Part shown: piece after piece, positions 37,165-50,121 of the stretch
Layout: every line of letters starts with the position of its first letter
Numbering within the stretch: the stretch's first letter is position 1
NCBI GenBank assembly: GCA_905178155.1
Contig: CAJINV010000007.1
Coordinates: 154,663 to 218,662, forward strand
Source: Amoebophrya sp. A120
Taxonomy: Eukaryota; Protista; Dinoflagellata
Direction of reading: 5' to 3'
DNA length: 64,000 nt
Program-made: the position numbers and the translations under genes
Notes under the pieces: model-generated
Told to the model about the DNA's origin: nothing
The model's database searches: none
Seen by the model: the letters and a program-made list of their open reading frames with translations, nothing else

Positions 37165-39659
37165 TTACATAATAGCCAGCAACTCCGCTTTACATTCTAA
37201 CATTTTCTCAATTCTGCGCATCGCGTCCGCGCGTTGTTCCGCCCTGTGCGTGTCCTCCTCCGCGCACTTGCAGAGATCCGCGTTTTGCGTCACGATGTTG
37301 TCTTTGATCCACTGCGCGCGCTTTTTCAGCACCTCGTTGACCACCTCCTTCATGATATTGTCGGTGAAGGTTTTGCATTCGGTTTTGAACAAGGCCTTGA
37401 CCACCTTTTCGACTTCCACTTTCTGACGCTCGTGCAGATCCATGGCCTTGTAGCGCTTCACCGCAATCTCTCGTGCTTTAGCCAAGCTTTCTCTGATCTC
37501 CCCGTCGGGGAGCCTACGGTCCAAAAAACGAGCTTGTTCCTTCACCAGAACAGCAACAGCCTCCTGAATAAAATCATCTGGGCAGATGGTCTGTTCGTAA
37601 ACACTGTCCCCGAAGTAGTGATTCACAGTGCCAAAGTCGACCTCCCGCTGTAGACGCTCCGCGAATTTCGCCTGTACGGAAGGGAACGTCTCCTTCTCGC
37701 AATGCTGCTGCCAGAGGTCACTGACGCGGCGAACCAAAGGCTGGGGAAACGTAGCGCTGCACTAAATTTCCGATGTTGCCAGGCACTTGTCGAGGTTCAG
37801 GGCGGATTTCACGCAGTACTTCTCGAGCGTCCCGCGAAACTTACCCAACAAGGGCGCCCACCATATATCGACGATTTCGCGCATGCATTTTTTGACGGCC
37901 TCCTCCCCCTGAAACTGCGGTGGGTGAAAGGCGTTCTTCTTGTACTTAGAATCGGTCCACTGTTTCGTGATGTTCTCCTCCGTTTCCGTAATCCCTTGCA
38001 CGAACCGCTCCAGCTCCTCGGTAATTCGCTCTTCGACATCGCATTGCGCGCCGGCCAATACCTTCTGGGCCTCGCGGACCACCGCGTCGACCGACGCCGG
38101 CTGCTCCCCAACGCGAGCGAGGTCCTTGCGTGCCTTGAGAAGTTTCTCTTCCACCTGCTGCATCACTCCAGGGACGTTCTTGCGAATCAACTGTGCGTAG
38201 ATAGGCGGCAGGCGCTCCTTCAATGCGTCAATACCCGCTCGCGCCTCTGGGAGACCAAGGTCGCTCAGGAGCTCGGTGCGCTCCTGGTCTCGGTCATACG
38301 TTTTTCCCCCGGGCGCGCAAATCACGGCGTGTGGGCCGAGCAGGGTGCTGGTAAGCATATCAGACTGTTCATCTTCAAAATCTCCATCGGAAGTATCCTC
38401 TTCAACTTCATCATTATCATCATCATCATCCTCCTCCCCATTCTCATCTGATTCAGATTCTGAGTCTTCGTCACTATCACTTCTCCCGAAGGATTGCAAA
38501 CCTTCCCGCACCAGCTCCACCGCTCGCACCTTCGTCTCTTCGGAATCGAAAGTGTCAAACTTGGTCAGCACCCGCATGGTGCGCACGCCTTTCGGATCGT
38601 GCTCTTTCGCGATCCCAATAGCCGACGCCAGCTCCGCATCTTGTTTCGCCTCGGACACCAGTAAGATTAAAGTCTGCGGCTCCTTGATGTACTTATTGAT
38701 CATGTTGCGCACCTCGCTCGCGCCCTCCCCTTGGTTGATGATTCCCGGCAGGTCGATCACGATGAGGTCCAACACGTCCGGGCCGGAAACGCGCACAAAA
38801 ATCTCGTCCGTGCAAACCTTTTGCTTCAGCGCGTCCTGTTGGGGATTTAGGGGAGGATCGAATAGGGAGACAAGGGTGTAAAAACAAGAGAGGCTATACA
38901 GGGTCTTAAACGTCCGTCAGCCGCGACCGAACTTAAGTACAAAAACGCCAGGATCGGTAGTAAGTCACAAAATTAAAAAATCGTGTACCAGTGCGGTTTG
39001 TTGTTTTTCCAGAATTTTTTCCGCCAGCTCCGCGATGTCACATTTCACGTAGTCCTTGTTAGCGGTTTTGATTTCGAACACGCGCGCGCCATCCCCCGTG
39101 GGGTCCTTTTTGCAACACTCGACCACAATCGGCGCCTTCGTGCAAATACCGGCCGCGGTTGGAAAGGTGACCCCCGTATCAAATGCAAAAGTGTCTGGGT
39201 CTGGAAGATTCTGAGACTTGTCATGCAAGTTTTACACGAGCCATGATGTCCGTGATGCATGCCCTAGCATCACAGATTTTTTGAGGGCTTCTTGATGCCT
39301 ATTTTGCATGACAAATGCCCTCTCCTCGTAGCCCAAACTGGAGTCCTCTTGCTGGTCACGCAATACAGTTTTTTTTTTGAATCCAGAGACAGCATCACAA
39401 ATTTCAAATCTTCCAGACCCAGACATTTTTGCATTTGATACCCCGTGATCAGGGACAACACCGAACTCTTCCCGGAGCTTTGGTCTCCGACAACGCAGAT
39501 CTGCGGCAGACGCAAATCTCCGCCCGCGATCCCGCGGATCTTTTGCAGCGCGGCCAGCTGCTTGGTATACGTCTCGTGGGCGTTGGTTGTAATGCCGTCA
39601 TACGAGACCACAGGGGCTTCTCCCGTAGTTGCACTAGCACGGTTTGGTGGGGAGACCAT
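37165..39659 (-). CDS. Dynamin-superfamily (Mx/DRP-like) GTPase with one in-frame TAG at 37762-37764 (possible pseudogene or sequencing error)
   Basis: G1 LPQICVVGDQSSGKSSVL, G2 GICTK, G3 DLPG, G4 TKFD. Introner intron 39177-39440; canonical GT-AG intron 38836-38988; acidic insertion after G4. ORFs 37762-38796 and 37165-37737 are in the same frame, separated only by TAG. Confidence 0.88.
38836..38988 (-). other. Canonical GT-AG intron (dynamin-like gene)
   Basis: CTG|GTACAC...pyrimidine-rich...CCCCAACAG|GAC; restores QTAL|DALKQK. Confidence 0.85.
39177..39440. mobile_element. Introner, family A, in the dynamin G-domain
   Basis: DR CCCCG/CCCCG; removal restores SLITG|VTFPTAAGICTK; no GT/AG available at the junctions. 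Confidence 0.93.
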
Positions 39660-40802
39660 TTTGTGACAAAACGCTAGGTGTAGGTACGGAAATCGAAATG
39701 GGAAAAAATGAAAATGATAAAATGCGCGACGCACCTAATATACAGAATCCAATGTACAAATAACAATTCAACTTTTTGATAGATACGCAAAATTAGACGC
39801 TAAAAAAGACCGTGGTAAAGCCTTTGGAAAATAAAGTAAAAGCGAGGAAATAGAAGGTCAATGTGGATTTTGACGAAGCCACACGCCTTCAAAAATTATG
39901 CCTGATGGTGATGTAGCGATCTGATGAAAAACTCCAGACCGTTCATACATCCAAGAGGATCCAGTTCAACATTGGTTCCTGATCAGTGATCAGGAATGGT
40001 CTAGAATTGATCTTCCAGCGCCGGATCTGGCCTTGCGCTGGGTCACAACATTCGGCTAGTCATATTTTTGCTGGGCCGCTCTTTACCGCTGAGCACGGCC
40101 GTTCAAGTTCTGGTGAAATGCATGCTCGTCCGTCGTGCTCTTTTGCACCCGACAAGTTTGATCCAACAACATGATGTTGAAAGACGAACATATACAAGTG
40201 GCCAGACACAATGTGTTGACCAAGACCCGAATTCAGCTGCGCATCTAGAAGATGATCCTCTGCAATAAAAGTTAGTGGTGGGGACAGTACCATCTTCCAG
40301 GTCATGCTCATGCAGGGAGAAAGTCCCTTGCAGCAAAATTCAATGATCGAATAAACTCATGCGAGGGTAGGAATTCTCAAGAAGTGAATGTGTGTGTGAA
40401 AGTAACGCAATACTACTTTTCATCTGGGAAGTACGTCGAGTGTAAGAAGTCATCGCAAAAACTTTTGCAAAGTACAATATGATTATTTCACAACGTAGCA
40501 GAAAATGCGAAAATCACGATACCACATCCTCACAAATACATACATCAATTTGGTTACAGGTAGTGGCGCATCTGATATCGAACATATACTGGAAATCACA
40601 ACATTCACTTCAAGCAGTAGAGTGTGACTGACGAAAATAACCGGGAGAACTCCCGTGAGTGTGACTGACGAAAAGTCGATAGCTTACTACGATATCAAGT
40701 GGAAGGAAGGGATCTGGAATATTTGTCGTCGGTAAACTGAAATAGCTTAGGCAACCAACTTGTTCGTTTCGTCCTGAACGAATAATATACCCGTAATAAA
40801 TA

Positions 40803-41650
40803 CCAGCCATGCTCCGGCTGCCGCCGGAGCGCAAGGCTGTTGGGCCGGGGCAATACTGTTTGCCGATTGGACCACAACACCGAGGGCCTGCGCATAGCGA
40901 AACATACGGGAGGCCTGCCGCCTGTTTGCGTTGCGCCAACCCGCAGGACCGCTTGCGCGCTTCCCGCGCCTGTGGGCGCTCTGCGCAAGGAGCAGCTGCA
41001 AAGAGCAACGGGGGCGAACAGAAGCAAGCCGCTCGTCGCAAGAGGGTAGAGCGAGAGGGTGGCGCGGGAGGGTAGCGCGAGAGGGTTGCGCGAGAGGGTG
41101 GCGCAAGAGGGTGGCGCGAGAGGGTAGCGCGAGAGGGTGGCACGGAAAGAGACCGAGCCAAACAAGTCCGCAAATGGCCTGCAGTGCGCAATATGGGCAG
41201 CACCATGCGGATTCGCGCCCATTTCTTTCTGTTTTTACCCTCTCGCAGACCTCTCGCAGACCCTCTTCTTGACCTCTTTTGGGGGTCCCCACTAATAATC
41301 CGGCTATACTCGCGGGTAGAGGTCGACAGAGGTGGCCGAGAGGTGGCCAAGGGGGTCCGCGAAAGGTCTCCCCTTATTCGCGCAACCTCTCGGCACCTCT
41401 GTCCACCTCTCGCGTGCCCTCTTTTCTACCTCTCTTCACCCTCCGAGGCCCTTAGCGGCCCCAAAGGGCGACCCCTTCGGCGGGCTATACTCGCGCCACC
41501 TCTCGGCCACCCTCCCGAATGACCTCCCGCGCCACCTCTCCACCACTGTCGACCTCTTTTTTACCTCTTTTGACCTCTTTTTGACCTCCCTGTCACCTCT
41601 CGTCTACCCTCTCTAAACCAGTATTTTCGCATGAATATAATAGATAGTAA
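40803..41650 (-). mobile_element. Non-autonomous Helitron-like element, copy 3 (free-standing, just 3' of the stop at 41667)
   Basis: Same termini and internal sequence as copies 1 and 2; no introner flanks; A|T insertion. Confidence 0.75.
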
Positions 41651-41666
41651 TGATCAATCGGTGTCT

Positions 41667-42948
41667 TCACGCCTTCCCCTTCTTTTTCTTCCCTCCACTC
41701 GCGCGGGCCATGAACTTCGCAGCCGCGGCGTTTGCTTTCTGGCTCCCCCGGGCCGCTTTCGCAAGGTCATCGAGGCTGGCGCCCTTGTGTGCATTGCAAA
41801 CATGTCTGGGTCTGGAACATCGCGGAACTTGTCATGCTTGGCTGGGAAGAGAGAAAAGTCTGTCATGCGTGTTGAGCTAGTGGAGCGCAAAAAATTGGTG
41901 TCTCCACCCATGTGAAACTCGTGCGATTTTTTGTCATGCCGTTTTTCCACACGCTAAACGTAGGGTCACCGAGATGATGCTCACTTGTTACGCAAGCGCC
42001 CGTGGTAGTCGTGGAGAACGAGGTTGCTTAGCTTATCATCCGCGCATAAGTAACCGTCACGACTTTCCCGAACCAGACTACACATTTGCAACAATGCATA
42101 AACTGGAAGGCGAAGTAGCAGCGTTTTGGTCCCCTCCTTCCGAGGCGGCGACTGCGCTCGCCTTCTCCAAAGCAGAAGTTGTATCTGCCGTAGTAGTGGA
42201 AACATTGTCGCTTAACGAACTAGTAGGTCCACCGCCTCCAGGGTTACTAGTTGTAGTGCCCGCGACGGCGCCCTTCGGAGAGTTATCACATGCAAAAATG
42301 TCTGGGTCTGGAAGGATGCAAGGTTTGTGTTTGTCATGCACACTTTGCATGACTCCTGACGTATGTGATGCATACCCTAGCATCACAGATTTTGTGAGGG
42401 CTTCCTGATGCTTATTCCGCATGAGAAATGCCCTCTCGCCGTTGCAAAAACTGGACCTCTTTTGCTGGAAATGCAATACAGATTTTTGTAGTATCCAAAT
42501 GCAGCATCACAAGTTGCAACCTTGCAGACCCAGACACATTTGCATTTGATAAGAGCCTGGCGGCGTCGATTTCAGCTCTGGCGGATTCGTCTTTAGCTCG
42601 TGCACCATTCGCGTCTATGCATTGCAAAAGTATCGTACTCGTATAAATGCAATACAAATTTCCTCAGCATAAGAAATGAAATTTGTCATGCTAATTGACC
42701 TTAGGAAAAAGATTTGTATTGCATAACTGCAGTTACTACGAGTACGATGCTTTTGCACAGGATAGCGTTTTGGAATTGGCAACGATGGTCTGCTCGTGCT
42801 TGTCTGCGGGAATGTAAACGGGCCTTTCCATCGCTTCAGGGTAGCCTTCGTTTCCTTTCGTGGCGGAGTCTTTGTAAACTTGCATGGCATTCTTCTTGCT
42901 CTCGTCGGACTCCTTGTCCTCACAGAGACCGCAACAGCCGCCAAACAT
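41667..42948 (-). CDS. Small hypothetical protein, N-terminal MFGGCCGLC and C-terminal KKKKGKA; three introner introns
   Basis: In-frame joins ANSKT|RMVHELK..PPGS|PKGAVAG..SPS|KGASLDDLAK...GKA* after removing 42616-42764, 42284-42551 and 41788-42100. Confidence 0.72.
41788..42100. mobile_element. Introner, degenerate family A (left terminus TGT)
   Basis: A-type TIR remnants; DR largely decayed (CCTTG/AACTG); frame restored. Confidence 0.7.
42284..42551. mobile_element. Introner, family A
   Basis: DR AGAGT/AGAGC. Confidence 0.9.
42616..42764. mobile_element. Introner, family B
   Basis: DR GCGTC/GCGTT; close relative of 31637-31785. Confidence 0.9.
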
Positions 42949-43659
42949 GTTTAATATGGTCCGGGTAGATATCCGTCGCTGTAAATCCTTTTCTCAAGAG
43001 TGCCACTTCTAGAGGACACGAGAGCTGTCACTAGTTAGAGTTAGTAGTTTCAAGAAACAAAAGGGTAAGGGCTGTGCTGAGATTATTTCGACTCACGCTT
43101 TGGAAGCGATGCGCACCATGCGGAGAATAAAATCAGTGGTAACAATGTGCGGATTCAAAAGAGGTGTCGACGTGTTGGCAAGGGGTAATGAAGCATCCTG
43201 TGGTCGATGACGGTGCTGAGATTTATTTGTTGCCAAGAATTTGAATTACAATTACTCGCCGCGCCCAACGAGTAAATCAAAATAAAAGATGTGCTGCTCG
43301 GTCGTACGCGTATGTACCCCTTCCTGCGTGGAGGTTGGAGAACAATATTATGAATAACATTTACAGCCTCATCAACATTAGGCTGTAGTCTTTCTGTTGA
43401 AACTGAACATTGAAAAATGACCGAGGGGCCTGCCTGCGACTGCGTCGTGTTCTTGTATAATTTGCGCAACAAACAAAACCGACTCATCGCGCAACCGACA
43501 GTGCTGGTTTCGAGCTACCGCTTTTCAGAGACGACCGAAAATCAGACTTCACTTTCGTCTGCACGAAGTACATGACTACGCTAGAAGAAACATCAGAAAG
43601 GAGCCGCGGGTGCACAGTGGTGTCGGGCGAGCCCTCCGTGAGGCCGCCCGCGCGCCACA

Positions 43660-46020
43660 CAGTCTTTGCACAAAGCCGAGAGAAAAGAAACGACGGCTCC
43701 AGACGGCCCCGAGCGGAAAGCGTTTGAGTGGTACCACCATGCGGGTTCCGAAAAAACAAACAAAAAGATCTTTCGCAGCAAGGAAGCCAGATTTTTTCGT
43801 GTTCTTTCCAGCCCGCACGCTAACTATCAGGAGCAAAAAGTGTCCGTCCGGGAGCCGTCAGGAGCCGTCCCGAGGGACAGATCTAAAACAAATCCGGATC
43901 GGATTCTTCTGATTTTGCGCCGAGGCAATTTTTTCAGCGAGAAATCCAGAATGCGTGAAAGCGTGGCGAAACCCGACGGCCTGGCGAAGTCTGAGGCCAA
44001 CACACAAAAAAAATGACGGCTCCGGACGGCCCCCGAGCGGAAAGCTTTTGAAGGGCAACACCGTGCGGGTTCCGGCAAAAAGACGCAAAAAGATCTTTCG
44101 CAGCAAGGAAGCTAGATTTTTTCGCGTTCTTCCCAAGCCGCACGCTATGATGAGCAAAAAGTGTCCGTCCGGAAGCCGTCCGGAGCCGTCCCGAGGGACA
44201 GATCTAAAACAAATCCGGAGCAGATTCTTTTGATTTTGTGCCAAGGCCATTTTTTCAGCGAGAAATCCAGAACGCGTGAAAGCGTAACGAAACCCGACGG
44301 CCTGGTGAATTCTGAGGCCGACGTACAAAAAAAATGACGGCTCCGGACGGCCCCCGCGCGGAAAGTTTTTGAAGGGCAGCACCGTGCGGGTTCCGAAAAA
44401 AAAGAAACAAAAAGACCTTTCGCAGCAAGGAAGCTAGATTTTTTCGTGTTCTTTCCAACCCGAGCGCTATGATGAGCAAAAAGTGTCCGTCCGGAAGCCG
44501 TCCGGAGCCGTCCCGAGGGACAGATCTAAAACAAATCCGGAGCGGATTCTTTTGATTTTGCGCCGACGCAATTTTTTCGGCGAGAAATACAGAATGCGCG
44601 AAAGCGCAAGAAAACCCGACGGCCTGGTGAATTCTGAGGCCGACGTACAAAAAAAATGACGGCTCCGGACGGCCCCCGCGCGGAAAGCTTTTGAAGGGCA
44701 GCACCGTGCGGGCCCCGAAAAAAAGAAACAAAAAGACCTTTCGCAGCAAGGAAGCTAGCTTTTTTCGTGTTCTCTTCAACCCGCACGCTATGAGGAGCAA
44801 AAAGTGTCCGTCCGGGGGCCGTCCGGAGCCGTCCCGAGGGACAGATCTAAAACAAATCCGGAACGGATTCTTTTGATTTTGTGCCAAGGCCATTTTTTAA
44901 GCGAGAAATCCAGAACGCGTGAAAGCGTAACGAAACCCGGCGGCCTGGTGAATCCTGAGGCCGACGTACAAAAAAAAAGACGGCTCCGGACGGCCCCCGC
45001 GCGGAAAGCTTTTGAAGGGCAGCGCCGTGCGGGTTCCGAAAAAAAGAAACAAAAAGACCTTTTGCAGCAAGGAAGCTAGATTTTTTCGTGTTCTTTCCAA
45101 CCCGCACGCTATGATGAGCAAAAAGTGTCCGTCCGGAAGCCGTCCGGAGCCGTCCCGAGGGACAGATCTAAAACAAATCCGGAGCGGATTCTTTTGATTT
45201 TGTGCCAAGGCCATTTTTTCAGCGAGAAATCCAGAACGCGTGAAAGCGTAACGAAGCCCGACGGCCTGGTGAATTCTGAGGCCGACGTACAAAAAAAATG
45301 ACGGCTCCGGACGGCCCCCGAGCGGGAAGCTTTCGAAAGGCAGCACCGTGCGGGTTCCGAAAAAAAGCAACAAAAAGACCTTTCGCAGCAAGGAAGCTAG
45401 ATTTTTTCGTGTTCTCTCCAACCCGCACGCTATCAGGAGCAAAAAGTGTCCGTCCGGAAGCCGTCCGAACCCGTCCTGAAAGAGAAAGTCTGAGCGAAAC
45501 CGCAGCGGCTTCTGATCATTCTATACCTTTTCCAATTTTTTCACTGAAAATGAGAAAACATCCCCGTTGAAGTGAAGCACGACGGTATGAGTGCCGGTTG
45601 GCCAAAACCGAGAAAAACCCGACGGCTCCGGACGGCTCGGGGACGGATGATCTATGGAAGGCCGCTCCGTGCGGATTGGAAATTATTGGAAGAGAAAAAC
45701 CTTCGCAGACCACGAAGGCGCAATTTTCTCTCAATTTTCCAAGCCGCATGCTACGAGGGCCATACACCATCCGTCCGGGGGCCGTCCGGAGCCGTCGCGA
45801 GAGAAACAATTTTCACGAAACCGAAGCGGCTTCTGATCATTTGATACCTTTCCCAATTTTTTCACTGAAAATGAAAAAACATACCCGTTGAAGTGAAGCA
45901 CGAGGGTAGGAGGGCCGTTGGGCCAAAACCGAGGAAAAAACGACGGCTCCGGACGGGTCAGGGAGGGAGGGGCTATGAGAGGCCGCTCCGTGCGGATTGG
46001 AAATTCTTGGAAGAGAAAAA
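43660..46020. repeat. Intergenic tandem array, 321-322-bp unit (~5.5 copies) followed by ~1.7 copies of a related variant
   Basis: GATCTAAAACAAATCCGGA at 43880, 44201, 44523, 44844, 45165. Confidence 0.93.
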
Positions 46021-46859
46021 CGCTTTCAGGTGATCATACTTAAATTGATGAACACCGGACGACACGACACGGGGACCTCTGCCTCCCGCGGGACCGGGCG
46101 TCATCGAACGCTCGGCCAACTGATTACCTTTTCATCTTTGACGGCAGCATGAATATTGCGTGTCATGTGTCGCAACTGCTAGAAGCTACGTGGCACGTAG
46201 TACGTGCAGTATAGTAGTTTCATAGTACGGTCTTTCGATGCCGCGAACCGACATCGGGGCTGCGAGCCGGCAGTTTTTGTCCACATCGATCACCTAGCGG
46301 ATCATCATGCTGCTGCCTGTTAGTGGTCTGACCAGGATTTTAGGTCTCTACTTCTACCTACTCTCCACGACTACAAGTCCGAGCCATTCTAAAAAATCAA
46401 AACTAGTGCGGTGGGGCAAAAATCATACAGGGGTTAGGAGATAGAGAGCAAAGTGTACAAAATTCACTAGATATAGATACATGGTCAACCTAAAGCTGGA
46501 GACCAGACAAAAAGGAAGCTCATGCACAGAGGGTGCGGGGTTGAAGATGATCGCCATGTAGTAAAAATAAAAAAGCAAACTACTCTATCTTCTTCAAGTT
46601 GGTGGACCGTCACCACACGACCTACCGCACATCTGTTTTTTTTTGTGCAGGGCCACGTGCATAGTCATCAACTGCCAAGAACGCTGCTCATCTTCAGCTA
46701 AAAACAAGCAGTCTATAGTAGTACTTAGAAGCCACTTCGCCAATACTTTGAAGCGATTTCTTATTTCAACATAATTTTGTGTTCATCTTCCACTTGGTAC
46801 AGCAACTTTGGATAGCAATTGTTTCTCCCTTGAGTTGTAGAAGTAGTTCTTCCATCTCT

Positions 46860-48403
46860 TCAGGGGCACTGTTATCAAATGCAAATATGTCTGGGTCTGG
46901 AAGAGTGCATGTTTCTCATGCTTGTCTGGCATGACTCTTAACTCTGTCATGCACGTTACCCAAGAGCCCCTTTTTGCTGTTATGCAAAAACGTAGCTTGT
47001 CATGCAGAATTGGCAACACCTAGAAGCTCAAAAGCTTGTCATGCTGAGCCAGCACTTGTGGCCTCCTCATGATACGCCACCCAGCATCACGAGTTTCCAG
47101 ACCCAGACATATTTGCAATGCATAACTGTTTCGAAATCCATTTGCCGTCCGGATGGTAATCGCCGTAGAAACGCTGGCGTGCAGCGTTAAACTCCGGTTC
47201 AAGGTCTTCAGTCGCGGCTGCACTATATCCGGGGTCAAAAGCGCTACAGTGCAGCTCGTCCGGTTTTTTGGAACGTGAATTGCACCGGCAAGGCTGCGCA
47301 TCCGCGGACCCTGTCCGCATTCCGGTGAAGCTGGGCCCGCAGCACTGGGTGGCTTCCTTCCAGTCTATCGTGTCGAAATCCATCCCCCCGCGCGTGATGT
47401 ACCACACGTAGTCCCCTTTTATGACAGTGCACAACCCCCCCTCCCCCTCATTTGTACAACTGCGCGAACAGCAATACAAACACGAGCACACGTGGAGCCG
47501 GTGCATGACAAGTTCATGTGCCTAGTGTGCTAGTACTGTTTGGACTTCCGGAATCTCTCATGCATACAGTGCCACAGGGAAGCAAATGGATTTAGGCTTT
47601 TGCATTACAAATGAGGGGGAGCAGGGGGAGTTGTGCACGGTCATACCTTTGTTGTACGTGATAATAGGCCAGAAGCCGCGGGAAGAGCAATTTTTCAGGT
47701 CGTGGTCATACTTCGCCGCGCAGTCATCCTTCGTAACGACAAATTGGTAATCCGCATTGCAGTCGTACTTTTTGCAATCATCTTCGGGGGGGTCCTGTGC
47801 TGCTCCTTCAAGTTCATCCAGGTTACGATTAGAGAACCCTGACGAGGAGACACTCTTCGTCAGCTGCAGCCCTTGCTGCCCCGGAGTAGAACTCGTGGAG
47901 ACCACGCCCTTGACAACTATCGACACCGTTTCTCCCCCGCGCGTAGACGTCACATACCGCACTCCACCTTGCTCAAACGACGAGACCTGCTGGCGGGACG
48001 TAGTATCCTCTCCCTTCTCATCTTCTTGTTCGAGGAAGCTCGTGCCCTTCTTCAGGCCAAGCTTCGACGTGCCTGTTTGATGAAAAGACACGACAGGAGT
48101 GGACGACCCGACAGGCTCAGTGTTCTGCAAGTGCTCGACGTCCGAAGCATCTACCATGCTGGCAACTGTATCCGCGTTCTCAGCGGGCTTAATGTTATTC
48201 TTATCCAGCAGTCCCTCCGATAACATCGATTGCGGTTTTCCGTCGTCCTCGAGCTGCACCTCCTCCACCTTGTTGTACTTCGGTTCTTTTGCAGCGTCCT
48301 CGAGCTGCACCTCCTCCATTTTCGGATCGGCAGCAACGGAACGCAAAGCCCCCGCACAGGCCAAAAGAAAAATCGGAACGAGGGCACGCAGGTTTTTTGC
48401 CAT
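46860..48403 (-). CDS. Putative secreted protein with signal peptide and Cys-rich C-terminal domain; two introner introns
   Basis: Signal-like N-terminus MAKNLRALVPIFLLACAGALRSVAA; duplicated EEVQLED. Joins YNKG|DYVWY and WISKQ|CP* after removing 47420-47645 and 46873-47124. Confidence 0.75.
46873..47124. mobile_element. Introner, family A
   Basis: DR ACTGT/ACTGT; close relative of 25493-25745. Confidence 0.9.
47420..47645. mobile_element. Introner, family D
   Basis: DR CCTTT/CCTTT. Confidence 0.9.
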
Positions 48404-50121
48404 CTTTGCTAGTGCTGAGGAAGTGAAGTCTACTTGTTGTTTAACTTTAAGTTTATTCTTTCTGCATCAAGTTCTTGTTTTTTTATTTTTCGCGTCGTAA
48501 TATGATGCTCGTCAGTTCTTGTAGTTGGATGTTGATGAACAAGATGCTCTTTTATTTTCCACAAGATGAATCACGCTTTTTTTTCCCACCAGAATATTGA
48601 TTCTATCTGATGTTGACTTTGCAACTTTATTCACAGCACAGAAGGAGAAGCGCCCTTATACCAGTATTGTACAATAAGCGAAACTGTTTTATATATTTCA
48701 AACGTTAATGAATCTTCGTAGTCGTGGATGTTGATAGCATACTATCGGCTCACAACTCTCAGCGCATCACCGAGTGGTTTTGCGATCGCCTTGATTTGAG
48801 TTTTACCGACGCTAGGGCAATTACCACTCAGTTGTGCGTAGATCCGAAAGCGATCCCTGCGCTGATGACCGATAGCGTGACATCAACCAGGATCCTCTCT
48901 AGTAATATTTTCGACCATTTCTGCTCACCCTATTTGTTGTTGATCCATTTTCTCATGCCAAAAGGACTTTTATTTTCTGGCAACAAATCTCAATTTGAGC
49001 AGCACATTCTGATCGCCACAATCAAATTCTCAATGAACTTGTTCTTTTTCGACTAAAACAAAACCGAGCGAAGATTTAGCTGGCAACAACATGGAAACAC
49101 GATTTATTTTTTGCCCAATAGGAAGAAACCGATGTTGAGCAAAGGAAAGGCACACTCTTGAAAGGCCGTGACAGTACTTCAGCGCATCCTCTCAGGGAGA
49201 GCGAGTAACCACTCATCTCGCGTTAGTTTACAACTATGTAGTGACAACAAAGCAGCCACTCGAGCCCGACGTAGCTCCAGCTGTACACAGAACAAGATCG
49301 CGAAGCCCCAAATATGATCGCGAGGCCGCAAACTTGGACTTGCTTGCTTTTCCTAGAATTTTTCAGCCTGCTCCCAAGACCCGCACATCAACCACATACA
49401 CACATCTCACACCTGTTGTACTTACAACTCTCGACGTGGAATTTGGTCCCGTCGTACCTATCACTGAGAAAAGCTGCGAAGGTGCCACAACAAGCATGGG
49501 AATTATATGTAGATCGCTACGGAATGTGGTGGTCGGTAAGGAGGCTAGTACATACTCTTCACTATAGTAAATCCCAGGGGGAAAAAAAAAAGTTGATTGT
49601 TGTCCTGTAGGTCTAAACTAAACTTGATTTTTCAACTTTGGACGACGAACTAATTCATGATTTTCCGCCTCTTCGCGAACTAATTCATGACTTTGACTCC
49701 TGTAAGTACACTTTATTATTTGTTCTCCTTTGAATCATACACTCCTACTTTTTTTGCTAGGCACAATATGCGAGTATCTCCCTGTGCTTCTTGATGGTCT
49801 TGGCTAGGTATTTTTGCCCCAACGAGGACTAGAGAAATCTTATTCTCTGGCATAATTGTCTCTTCTCACGAGAAAACATCTTCTCGTCGTTCACTTTTCA
49901 AGGCAGATGGATATGGAATGATGTGTCGGAGGTTTTTCTCGTCTCCCGATGTCACTATTTGGTACTTATTTGTTGGAAATAATATATGTATCATGCGCAC
50001 GCCAGAGGAGGACAATGTGTAGATCCCTACATGAGCTACTTCAGAAAGCTGGCGGAGTTCGCGGGGGCGGGCAGCTTCATCTTTTTATAGTAGAAGTAGT
50101 AACTATAGATACTCTTATAAT

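Noticed and set aside
341-39659. Stop-codon reassignment (reported for one Amoebophrya lineage) to explain the in-frame TAG and TAA
   Set aside because: The long, very Gln-rich exons of the giant gene are open in the standard code using CAA/CAG; only two isolated stops were seen, one in a decaying retroelement.
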